Made by a program: the position numbers and the translations under genes. 64,000 nt of DNA, from positions 25,606,001-25,670,000 of the forward strand of contig NC_043005.1 in NCBI RefSeq assembly GCF_006345805.1, read 5' to 3'. Under the pieces are notes generated by a model. It did no database searches. It worked only from the letters and a program-made list of their open reading frames with translations, and had not been told where the DNA came from. Every line of letters starts with the position of its first letter. The first letter of the stretch is position 1. Shown here in pieces: positions 52,452 to 64,000 of the stretch. The stretch is from Octopus sinensis. Lineage: Eukaryota.

Positions 52452-53635
52452 ACGACATGGATGTACAACAGTGGGCTTTCCAGTCAATAACAAATCTATT
52501 CTAATAACGTTAGTGTAATGGGATAAAGGAACCTGTGAAGGAAGCAGCCTTTTAACAAAAATACTCACAAAAATGAAATTTTACTGCCATACAAAGCACA
52601 GTTCATTGTATGCACGATGTGAAACATGTGCGAAAAATACACGCGAAATCAACATCGGAAAGTTTACAAATTATAAAATATTGATAGAACAAAACAGTAA
52701 GTACATAATTTGAGTAATTACGCATACAGTTGAATGTCTACACAATTATATATACATTTTAATACCCATAGGACTACACATTCATCCCAATATTTACACA
52801 ACTACGTGAGATTTACAAGAGACGCACGTATACGAAAACTCGTATCGCAAATGAAGTAAAAAGAAAAAACAAAAAAGACAAAATATTGTATTTATTTTTT
52901 GAACTAACACAGAGTGAAAAATTCATACGTTTAAAAACATCACAAAATACTATGCCTGGAGATAAATCTATCGATGAAAAAAGTACAGGTGAATACAGAT
53001 CTGTTGGCGTTATGAGTAATGTTTATAAAATCGAAACCGCTGACAAATGGTATAAACACCATCCTGAAGCTGTGATTGAGGGAGTAAATGTGTCGATTCT
53101 CTGGAAATTCTCCGTACATACCGACAAAACTATAAAACCTGGATATCATTATAACTGGATATTATTATAAAAGATCAGACAAAACAGGTGTGTTTATTAA
53201 TTGACATGAGTATTCGTTGCGATCACAATATAGCGGCGAAAGAATTTGACAAACTCAGTAAATATAAAGACTTGCTAATAGAAATTGAAAAAAAACGTAA
53301 CATTTCAAGGCGACTACAGTACCACTGATTGTAGGATCTCTATGAATGATTAAAAAAAGGTACTAAAAACCTATTTGAAAATGATACCAGGCTTACCATT
53401 CCTAGAGGAAGTGCAAAAAATCGTGTTAACTGGAACGACTCATGTACCGAGAAAAGCATTATCGCTGTGAAAACAACATCCATTCATGAATTTATTTATT
53501 TATTAAGTTTTTAAATATATATTTTCCCTGTGAATTTGCGTGTGTAATCTGGGAATGCATACAATGAGCTTCTCTGTCCTAGGTGTATAAAAAGACACTC
53601 GGCGAGAAATGGAAGGAAATTTGAGGAAAGAAGGA
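52452..53635 (+). mobile_element. Internally deleted R4/Dong-like element (5' UTR fused to the RLE 3' end)
   Basis: 52455-53008 is homologous to the reverse complement of 47083-47656. From ~53023: YKIETADKWYKHHP..KEFDKLSKYKDL..VQKIVLTGTTHV; (TAA)n tail. Confidence 0.8.
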
Positions 53636-53643
53636 TAATAATA

Positions 53644-53766
<123 letters not shown>

Positions 53767-53769
53767 TTG

Positions 53770-54322
53770 AAAAAATGCCCTGACGCAGTACCAGGCAATG
53801 GCTCTCGTGGCTTCTGTTCTCAACTGATTGGAAGTGTTATCATGTACAGTATTTTGTCTCGGTATAAAAGATGGGCTACAGTAAATATTCCGCTCAATAC
53901 CACAGATTTGCTTGTCACTTGTTTGACCATAACCAGATGAGCATGTCTTTTAATGGCTGACGATATGTGTATCTCTAATCACGAGCAGAAATAGTGGGGG
54001 AGCATCATAGCCGTGTATTGAAAGGAATTCTCAGAGGTTTGGATAATTCACGTTTGGAAACATGGGTGTTTCGTTGAACATCCTTAAACAACTCTTATTT
54101 GAGTGAGATGGGCTACTCGACCAGAAGAAAATTCTAACTGGGCCCCACCTGCAAGGTAACGCACTTTTTATCTTGATATGAGATCACCATGTCACGCACA
54201 TATGTTTGTGATGCATGTGATGCCTAGTGTATCCTTATCAGACGGGTAGTCGTGATGGTTACACTGGGCTTCGTATATTTTACTCCAGTGTCACTTTGAT
54301 GGCATGCACTGCTGTCTCACTC
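53770..54322. mobile_element. ~550-bp non-coding element embedded in (TAA)n (probable non-autonomous retroelement)
   Basis: Complex sequence bounded on both sides by long TAA arrays; no ORF. Confidence 0.55.
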
Positions 54323-54332
54323 AATAATAATA

Positions 54333-54399
<67 letters not shown>

Positions 54400-54529
54400 T
54401 AATAATAATAATAATAATAATAATCTCAAACTTTGGTATAAGGCCAACAATTTGGACTTCCCTTTTAATCTATATATATATACATTATATGTGTATACAC
54501 ACACACACACACACACGCACACACACACA

Positions 54530-54690
54530 TTATTTTCTCTCCCTGTTTATTTCTGTGTTCCTTTCTGTCGAAAAGCGTAGGCTCGAAACGTAAGAGACTT
54601 TCTCACTTCCCGAGCATTACACTAATACACCTATTTGTTGTCTACACCAGCTCTCTTCATCTTTTGTTTTCTTGTAAATTCTTATTATAT
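54530..54690 (+). mobile_element. Short Penelope-type non-coding element with an atypical hammerhead-like motif
   Basis: CUUU-CUGUCGA-a-aAGC-guag-GCUC-GAAA-CG-UA-AGAG at 54561-54596; homolog at 3637-3732. Confidence 0.55.
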
Positions 54691-54699
54691 GTATGTATA

Positions 54700-54742
<43 letters not shown>

Positions 54743-54894
54743 TATATATATGTGGTGTGTGTGTGTGTGGTGTGTGTGTGGGTGTGTGTGTTTGTATGTG
54801 TGTTTGTGTGTGTGTGTATGTATATATATATATATATATATGTGTTGTGTGTGTGTATGTATGTACCTATGTATATATATGTTCCTTTATTCTT

Positions 54895-55308
54895 TTCATT
54901 GGTTAAGTTCTTTTAGTGTGGCTATGCTGGAGTACCCCACTGAAGAATATTAGCTGAAAAAATAGCCCCTTAGATTGATTTCTTGAGACTAATACTTATT
55001 ATATCGCCCAATTTTACTGAACCGCTTGATTACCAGGTGGGAAGCATACAAATATCGGTTGACAGGCAGAACCCAAAAAACAGACTCAAAGACATACAAA
55101 CATATAAATACACACACATTTGAACATACACATATTTATATATACAACAGGTTTCTTTCAGTTTCCGTTTAACAAATCCACTCACAAAGCTTTGGTTGGT
55201 CCGAAGCTATAGTAGAAGACAATTTACAGAAGGTACCAAGCAATGAGGCAGAACTCGGAGGCATATGGTCGGGGAGCAAGCTTCATAGAACACAGGCACA
55301 CCTGCACC
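54895..55308 (-). mobile_element. SINE family 1, decayed full-length copy
   Basis: ctttcagtttccgtttaacaaatccactcacaaagctttgg..gctatagtagaagaca. Confidence 0.82.
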
Positions 55309-55344
55309 AATGAATATGTATGTGCATATAATAATAATAATAAT

Positions 55345-57712
55345 GAAATTATTGTATTCAGTGCTCAGGTGCACCACAACTTGTCAGAAAGTGCATATAA
55401 AGTACATGCAGTAGTGTAGAAATGTTTGGAAAGTGAACATGCTTGTGTGTGTATCAAGTGTAGTGTTGGCGAATCTCAGGAAGCATGGAAGTTTTGAAGG
55501 ATGCAGTGCTCCGACAACTAACAACCGATGCCGGCAGTTTGTTCCACGCTTCAGCAACTCTCAGCGTGAAAAAAATGTTTCCTGAAGTCATGGGAGCTGT
55601 GCTGTTTTCTTACTTTGTAAATATGTCCACGGGTGTTAGATGGGTGGAGTTTGAAGAGGTGCTCAGAGTTATTGTTTGTGCGATGGTTGATAATTTTATG
55701 GGTTTCTGCCAAGTCAGCTGCCAGACGTCGGAGTTTCAATGTGTCCATGCCCAGGGAAGTAAGGCGTTCAGGATATGGCAAATGCCTGATGGAGGGTATT
55801 CTTTTGGTTGCACGTCGCTGAACAGCTTCCAGACGATTGATGTCCTGGGCAAGATAGGGGTTCCAGACCGGTGATGCAAATTCCAGGTGAGGTCTTACCA
55901 TAGCTATATAAAGCCGCAGATAGATAGCCGCAGATAGATAGCCGCAGATAGATAGCCGGAGAGCGGCTCACAAAGGATTTGGTGAGTGATGCCAAGACAC
56001 CCTCAGCCTTCTTGACAATTTTAGTGATGTGTTTTGTCCAACGCAAATCACTGTCGACAATAACACCCAGGTCACGTTCACTTGAAGACTTTTTGAGACT
56101 AGTGTTGTGGAGGGAGTAGGTGGACGCTGGGTTTCTCCTCCCAAAATGCATGGTGGTACATTTGTCCACAGCCAGCTTGAGTTGCCAGTCCATGATCCAC
56201 TGCTCATTGTGTCCAGGTCTGCTTGCAATAGAGATCCATAGTGTACAGGATTTGACCTCTTTATTTCGAGGTACAGCTTGATGTCATCTGCATATTTCAG
56301 CACTGTGGCATTCTTTAAGTTGGCATCTATGTCATTAACATATGCAACAAATAAAAGGAGGCCAAGAACAGATCCCTGCGGCACACCAGATGTCATCTCA
56401 TAGGGTGAAGAGTGCTGTCCTAGAACTGTGACAACCTCTTTTCGGCCGAAAATAAAGGACTTTAACCAGTTATAGAGTTCGTCTCTTACACCCAACGCAG
56501 AAAGCTTCACCATAAGTCTTTTGTGTGGCACAAAGTTAAAAGCCTTAGCAAAGTCCAGGTAAACCACATCCACCCAGGATCCGCGATCAGTGATTTGGGT
56601 AACGTCCTCAAGAAACTCGATGAGTTGATTATAGCAGCTGGTGTTAGGAATAAATCCGAATTGTGACGGCTGGATGAGGCTGTGAGACTTCCAGAAGTTC
56701 CAGAGGGTTTCTCTGATACAGGATTCCATCAGTTTGGCGATGCAGCTAGTAAGACTGACGGGGCGATAGTTGACAGGCGATGTGCGGTCGCCTTTTTTGA
56801 ACAGAGGGATGACACTGGCAGTTTTCCACTGTTCTGGAGTAACACCATTGTCAAGACAGAATTGGAAGAATAGAGAGAGTTGGCCTAGAAGAAAGTACCC
56901 ACCGCGTTTGAGAAGTAGGTATGTAACACCATCGATACCAGGAGAGGCATAATTGCGTTTATTCTTTAGGTGGCGTTGCAGCATTGCTGGTGTAAATTGC
57001 ATAGAAGATATAGAGTCCGATGTCAGTGGTGATGATGATGGAACATTTTGGTCTTCGACAGTAAAGATGCCGGCATAGCATCCAGCAATGATTTCTGCAC
57101 ATTCTTCGGGATTGCCTGTAATCTGTCCTGTGTGGGGATTGCGAAGGGGACCAACAGGAGAGTGGGGTCTCTGCTTTGAGTGCACATACTTCCAGAACCC
57201 TTTGCTGTCAGGGTTAGCTGCAATGCGTTGTTCAAATTCAAGCACTGCCTTTTTTGTCGCCTGCTTGAGGTGGTTGGCTGACCTATTGCGCTTTTTCTGT
57301 TGCTCTCTGATTTGTGCAACTTGTATTCCCGTTCAGAATTATGGCGTTCTTTCCTGGCAAGTCGGACTGCTGCAGTCTCCCAAATTGCACTATTGGGTGG
57401 CTTTTTGTGCTTGCGTGGTTCTGATGCTGCACATGCTGCCCATATTGAATTCAGAATGTTCTGGAGTATAGTGTCCACATCTCCAGAGGCATAAAATTCG
57501 CGCCAGTTTGGGCGTTGCAGCTCAGTACAATAAGAGTTCCAGTTTGCTTTATTCCAGTCGAAGCGGGCAGTCTGAAGATGGTTGTGTTTTTTGTTACAAC
57601 CAATCAGAGACAAGTCGGCCATGATCATGGAATGATCAGAGTCACCCAAAGGTTCTTCGGTAGCGACACTAATGATTGTTTCAGGAGAAGCGGTAAGTAG
57701 CAGATCCAAAGT
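55345..57712 (-). mobile_element. CR1/L2-group LINE, 5'-truncated (end of APE endonuclease plus RT), frameshifted
   Basis: LDLLLT..GDSDH; ORF 55968-57245 with NYRPVSLTS, YLDFAKAF, SGVPQGSVLG and KYADD; VRPHLEFASPVWNP; (TTA)n tail on the minus strand at ~55328-55344. Confidence 0.95.
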
Positions 57713-57858
57713 ATGCACGTATTCATATATGTAAGTATGTATGTATATATCTATATATCTATTTATCAATATTTTTATCTAATTATTTATCTACCTACCT
57801 ACCTACCTACCTACCTACCTGCCTACCTACCTACCTACCTACCTACCTACCTACCTAC

Positions 57859-57928
<70 letters not shown>

Positions 57929-58960
57929 GCGAGTGTCGCGTTGCTCTCAAGCAACTCTGCCGTCCCGGGTCGACCTTGAGTGACTTCAACACAACCAAAG
58001 CATTCTATAGGGGATTAGTGGAGGGGAGGTACAACGACGAGCTCGGGGCGAACCTGGACGTCGACGAGGAGTACCTGACCCGCCTGTTCAGGACGACTTT
58101 CGGGCCAGGGCCCATTGACAACTTCCAGAGATCCCTGGCCTGGCAGTGCTACCGAGAAGCGCTACCCGTTCGGGATAAGCTCTACAGACACGGCTCGAGA
58201 AACACGGGGCCCACCTGCCCGAGATGCGGTCAGAGCGACGAAACCGTTCTGCACGCACTCGTGCAGTGTCCAACAATTTCCGACCTGTGGGCTTATGTCG
58301 AACAACTGCTGTTACGTGTGGGACGAGTCGGTTTATCAGCTGAGTCGATCGTCAATATTGTCACGCCTCTTCCTTCAAACGGGAAGGAAGAGCTATTTTC
58401 ATCATCCTTGTGGCTATGGCGAAAATTGTATCTGGTGGACGCGTCTGAAAGGATTGGAGACAAACACTTTCCTCTCTGGTCAATCTCTCATCAACTTCTT
58501 CAAGTACCACTTGAAAAGGAAAGTGAGAGTAGAGAGGCAAGTTTTGTCTAGCGAATGTTTTAAAAAAAGATGGGTGAATGTAGCAAGGATGGCACGTATG
58601 AATGACGAAGCCACCTTGAGCATAATCCTATGAACCCAGAAATTGAAAACAGAGGGTTACCCACTTGCAAACAAATGTGGTAACATATAACAATATTGAC
58701 CAAGGTTACCGTGGTCTGTTTCGTAGGCTTTTCTTCCCACGGATAAACCTTACTTGCTTTCCCCTTTACAACATATATCATAACACTGTGATACACGATC
58801 CCTATTGATCGTTCTTTTTTTTCCTCTTCCCCTTTTTTCCCCTTTTTTTCTTCTTTTTTCATTTCTCTTTCTTTTGTTCCTTTTCTTTTTCTTTTTTTTC
58901 TTTTTATTCTTTTTATTTTATTCAATTTTTTTTTGTTCTTTTCTTCCCTTTTACGATCCC
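57929..58960 (+). mobile_element. Tx1/L1-clade LINE 3' fragment embedded in (TATC)n
   Basis: W.CYREALPVRDKL..CPRCGQSDETVLHALVQC (zf-RVT/CCHC); T-rich 3' region; TATC arrays on both sides. Confidence 0.85.
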
Positions 58961-58962
58961 TC

Positions 58963-59020
<58 letters not shown>

Positions 59021-59021
59021 G

Positions 59022-59052
<31 letters not shown>

Positions 59053-59155
59053 GTCTGTCTATCTATCTATCTCTCTGTCTATCTATCTGTCTATCTATAT
59101 ATCTGTCTGTCTATCTATCAATCTATCTATCTATCTATCTATTTATCTATCAATG

Positions 59156-59191
<36 letters not shown>

Positions 59192-59844
59192 CTGAGTGAG
59201 AGAGGTAGGTGGGAGAGGGAATGAGAGAAAGTTAGAGAAAGATAGATAAATAAGTAGATAGATTCATGCATTTCTTTGAAGATATGCCCCTATTTCATAT
59301 ATACAAATATTAAATATTAAAATAGACATGCGCATTATATACCTATACACACATACATACATACGTACATACATAAATTACATGTAAATATATATATATA
59401 TATATCCATATACGCACATAACTAATGTAGGCATAAATGTATGCTTCAACCCACTAATCTATTTCTTTTTATGTGTGTGTATGTGTATATGTGCGTGCGT
59501 GTGCGTGTGTATGTGATTGTGTGTATATGTGTGCATGCGTGAGTTTGTGTGTGTGTATGCACGTATGATCAAAGTCACCATTTTTGTTCTTAATTTATTT
59601 TAATCGAATATAAAACCCATAAAAGTGCTCAACGAAAGCTGATATAGTTCGCGCCTACGAGAGACATTATTGAAGAAATAAATATGAAAGCCAAATTCGC
59701 CGAAGCTTATTAAATAAAATAGGAGTTATCGTCTTAAATCTTCATTAATAATCTTTCGCGTGACAAGATCTGGCGTGATGTTACCATGGTTACAGGTTCA
59801 GTGGTCCCACACATTAGCTGACATCAATTTTCATACACACGAAT

Positions 59845-59907
<63 letters not shown>

Positions 59908-59953
59908 ATACATACATACATAGACACAGACACAGACACAGACACACACACAC

Positions 59954-60006
<53 letters not shown>

Positions 60007-60028
60007 TAAGGGTACCAGAAGAATATTG

Positions 60029-60795
60029 CTGATATACATTAACTGAATTCGGGGGAATAAGCAGAAGTTCTAAGCTACACCACCCCGTACAAATAACGAA
60101 TCGAATCGTAAACTGAAATGCCAGATATACTCGTATCCCCATGATTTTGAACTTTGTGAAAATTCCACTTAGTTCTCCTCAACGAGTCTTACTGCTCATT
60201 ACCCTGATTTCAAATAATGTGTAACAGTGAAGATTTGTGGTTGTAGTTGTCTTTCGACTCCCATTTTTAGCGTGCTTGTGCTGATTGTAACAACCTTAAT
60301 TATTAATTAATAATTTTTCACATTATGGTATTTTTTTCAACATTCTCACCACTTCATACTTTTGTAAACATTAATATTCTTATATATTTTTTATAACTCA
60401 TTATTCACTTCGATCAACTTTTTAAATTTGCCGCGGCATTAAAAACGGTTATTACACATATAGTTGAGATGGACAGTCTTGTATGATAATCCGGTCAGTA
60501 AGAACGCTGATGAGAACTAAGTAGAATTTTCACAAAGTTCGAAATTCTGACGATATGGATATGTCTGGCTCTTCAATTTACGATTATTTTCGTTATTGAT
60601 TCGGGGGCTTGGAAATTCTGTTCATCCCGCGGATTTCAATTAATGTATGTCAGTCAAAATCTGTGGTAGTAATCGTCTTGCGACTGCTCTTTGTCTCGCG
60701 TTTGTGCTGCTTGTAATTATTAACTAATATTTTTTTACCTTATAGTCTTTTTCGCATGCTTACCACTTTATATTATTGTAAACAATAATGTCCTA
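60029..60795. repeat. Two diverged copies of one element, one with an inverted segment
   Basis: 60029-60202 is approximately the reverse complement of 60486-60653; 60230-60380 is approximately a direct copy of 60657-60795. Confidence 0.8.
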
Positions 60796-60809
60796 AGATA
60801 TATATATAT

Positions 60810-60843
<34 letters not shown>

Positions 60844-60931
60844 AGACACGGTTGTTTTGAAAAATTAGGATATACAGGCAACTAGTTTACATGCGAATCT
60901 AGTTGTGTGTATATTTGAAGTCTAAAGGCTC

Positions 60932-60998
60932 CCTACTGACGAAAACTAGCCTCAGTAAATATTTTTTTACTGGAATGAGTTAAAAACCATGGTCTAGG
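60932..60998 (+). ncRNA. Type I hammerhead motif with G12 mutated to A (probably inactive)
   Basis: CCUA-CUGACGA-a-AACU..CAGUAAA/UUUACUG..AGUU-a-AAAA-CCAUGG-UC-UAGG. Confidence 0.65.
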
Positions 60999-63807
60999 AA
61001 CTAAATTAGATGGTAAACGTTTTTAATTTTCAATCCTTTCGAGAATTTATCCATAATTAGTGGTTTGAGTTTTCTACTGCTCTTTCTAGCACAAGGCTTT
61101 CCTATTTGGAAGCCTCTTAATGTGTTCTAATGTACACGATATTTTTTTTATGTGTATATATATATATATATATATATGATGTTAATTCTGACACAAGGTG
61201 CCAAATAGTGGCCTTGTTTGTCTCTTCTATGTTTAGACCCTGTGGGCAATAAAGAAATATATATATTAATTGATCTAATTTACATAGAGAACAAACGACA
61301 GAAAAAATTATATAGGAAGAGGTTAGGTCTAATAGCTGTATCTGGTGGCTCAGAAATCTATCATAATGTTTGGAGATATAATTTACCATAACATACAAGC
61401 CGCAATGGAAACAAATACACATGGGATTAATGGAGCCTCCGTCATCAGCGTACAAAAACATCTTACATTTCAGATAACGATGCAGAGAATTTCAAAGGTG
61501 GAATCTACCTTTAAACTCTGTCAGAATTGCCAACATTTAAGAAATATAAATAAGTAGGACTACAGCCTGTCTAACACGAATGTGAATAGCAGAAATAATT
61601 TGTAAACTATAGAAGACTTAAAAGACACATCTATTCAAAATATGCCATTAAACAGCAACATTACAAATAAAATCTGGTAGTGGAAAAACATGCTTATATA
61701 TGCGAACAGATTACGGGCGCCACATACGGTATTTGTCCCTATCAGAATATGTGAGAATACAGTTAATGACGATGTTCTAAAAAAAAACAGGTATTCACGG
61801 TACTAAATTCCAGTAAATTAAAGAAGTGACATGGGTAATTAATTCAAGTATTATTTATTACTTCCACTTTATTAAAGTATTCCGATTAATTATTGCTTTA
61901 ATCAAGGGACAGCCAGCAAATAATCATTCAGGGAAAATTATTTAAAGAAAAACACAGTATCTAGGAAATGTCGCTGCGAAATTTTGGACGACAGGGAGGG
62001 AAAAAAAGGAGAGAAAAAAAGGAACAGAAAAGAATTATTAGTGTATTATACCCTATAAATACTTAAGTAGGAACATATTAGGATAATTCTAAAAGAGGAA
62101 GGGGTCAATACAGCTTGCAGGATGAGGGTTTGGGCATTAATAAACAACCAAATGTGTATACTAGAGTAATGAAAGTAGTTAAGGTAATAATCTGTATCAA
62201 CATAAAGGATACAATTTCATTTTAGTTAAACAGTGAAATTTAGGGAGGCTGCTTATTTGGTCTTTATGACTTAACGAGTCGAATGTCTAGAGATGGAAAA
62301 GCAGAACTGATTTCCCCATCAAATAAGAAGAAAATCGATAACCATCGACCCAAATGATGTTATTATTCGTTATTTTTACATAATAACTGAGATTAAAGCT
62401 AGCCACTCAAAAACATAACGGTTTCGTAGATAGGTCAGATCAATATTATAATAATTTGAAATTACTGAGAGCATTTAAAAAATGCTAAAAGAATTGATAG
62501 GATTATAACGAATTATCAAGATTTACGAAGGCTATAACTATGGAGGATAACGCAAACATTATAAAGAACTCACCCGAGTTTAGAAGCAAACTGAATAAAT
62601 TATGAAATATATAAAATTATAAGCATTAATAGATACCGTTAGAACTTAGGATACACAAAAGTAGCTTAAATATGATCACGTATTAGTATTAACAGTATTA
62701 AGATAGGCTAGGCTACCTAAATATAATTCAAAACATCGTACAAACAAATAAAATCTACACTGTAGGATTATAGATACGTATTGTATCGGCTTAAATTTTA
62801 AGAAACTTCTATGGATAGAACGCAGGCATTTCATCCTTTATCCTTCTGATCTATTTATATCATCATCCATGTTTCTTAAGATATCCAACAAGTTCAAACA
62901 GCAGGGATTACAACCATATTTATCACTAACAGGAAGTTTAAATTATCTAGCGATGTTCCAAGTTAAATGGAAATGAATTTTTTTGTCTTTTAACTTCCAA
63001 ACGTACTCAGTGAGCAATGTTGCTTTCTCTTTTTCTCTCCTTCTAAATGCATGAAGATTTAAAATTAAAAGAAGTGGATCTTGAGAGCATGTCGATTTGT
63101 TTTAATATTACAATTGTATACAGTGTTTTTGGTCATCTATTTTGTGAATTTATGATTCTGTGTGGTCACCAGATAGTGCATTCCTGTCTGTGTACATATC
63201 AATACCCTATATTTTTCCAAGAAATCCATGCGTAAACACGCATGTGCGCCTACACATTAACTATCTGTTTTAGTCATGATTCGCAGGTGCGGACGACATG
63301 GTACTTGTACCATGTTTTTGCTAATTGCTTTAGGTGCCTAAGCAACTGTAAGGTGACACACACATCCTTTCAGCCTTTCCAAACTTCACCCATCGAAAGA
63401 AATAGGATGTTGCAGTTGAATGGACAGGGGGCTGTACCAGAATTTAGGTGGTATTCATTTTCAACTAAGTCAAATTTAACAATGTAGAATATTATACTTT
63501 ACCACAGACGCGAACACACCATCTGATCTAGGATTCGAAACTACTATCATATGATCTTAACCCAACACTCTAGACACGCAGACACATAAACACAAGCATT
63601 GACATGTGCATACATAAAATGTTTTACGTTTTTATATTAATCTGCAGGACAATAAAAATGGCGGGAATTATTTTGGTGAATTGCACGTTCTATATAAGCC
63701 GACCATATGAAAACTACAGTAAGACAAAATGTTCAAAACATGCAGTTCTTTATTTTCTCAAAAAGAATTTGTACATGGACGTGTCCACACCAATACACAT
63801 TATTAGC

Positions 63808-63810
63808 GTA

Positions 63811-63897
<87 letters not shown>

Positions 63898-64000
63898 ATA
63901 TCTATCTATCTATCTATCTACCTACCTACCTATCTACCTACCTATTTATTTATCCATCTATCTATCTACCTACCTACCTATCTACCTACCTATCTATCTA
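63808..64000. repeat. (TATC)n/(TACC)n microsatellite
   Basis: Directly visible. Confidence 0.95.

Noticed and set aside
60503-60555. CTGATGA-GAACT..AGTTC-GAAA hammerhead-like core
   Set aside because: No valid stem III/NUH/stem I closure, and the inverted paralog at ~60135-60185 does not keep the core.
61430-61461. FLYADDG on the minus strand (RT YADD-like)
   Set aside because: No other RT motifs in frame or nearby.
62412-62875. Possible minus-strand hammerhead with a ~430-nt stem II (gtagataggtcaga / tctgatctatttat)
   Set aside because: The core is non-canonical and the pairing has A-C mismatches on that strand; too weak to support.

Overview
AT-rich, microsatellite-saturated eukaryotic DNA. 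The SINE families, repeat style and LINE content point to an octopus/coleoid cephalopod genome; this is an inference from recognised repeats and was not checked against a database. I see no intact host gene, rRNA, true tRNA or CRISPR array, and nearly all listed ORFs are microsatellite artefacts. The window is a graveyard of mobile elements. It holds tRNA-derived SINEs of about five families, Tc1/mariner, Tigger-like, Chapaev3-like and hAT-like DNA transposon remnants, CR1- and Tx1-clade LINE fragments, a stack of R4/Dong-type RLE LINE pieces delimited by (TAA)n (44.5-54.4 kb), and scrambled Penelope RT fragments. The most striking unannotated signal is at least nine minimal type I hammerhead-ribozyme motifs with (near-)palindromic stem III. 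They lie in seven unrelated short non-coding elements, mostly beside (TA)n arrays, and include a head-to-tail dimer (596-nt spacing), a head-to-head inverted pair, and two copies with a compensatory U3-A8 core. Other oddities are a 220-nt hairpin whose transition mismatches are almost all G-U on one strand, and a 1.75-kb A4T4 palindromic satellite. All coordinates were read by eye, and the edges of decayed elements are approximate.
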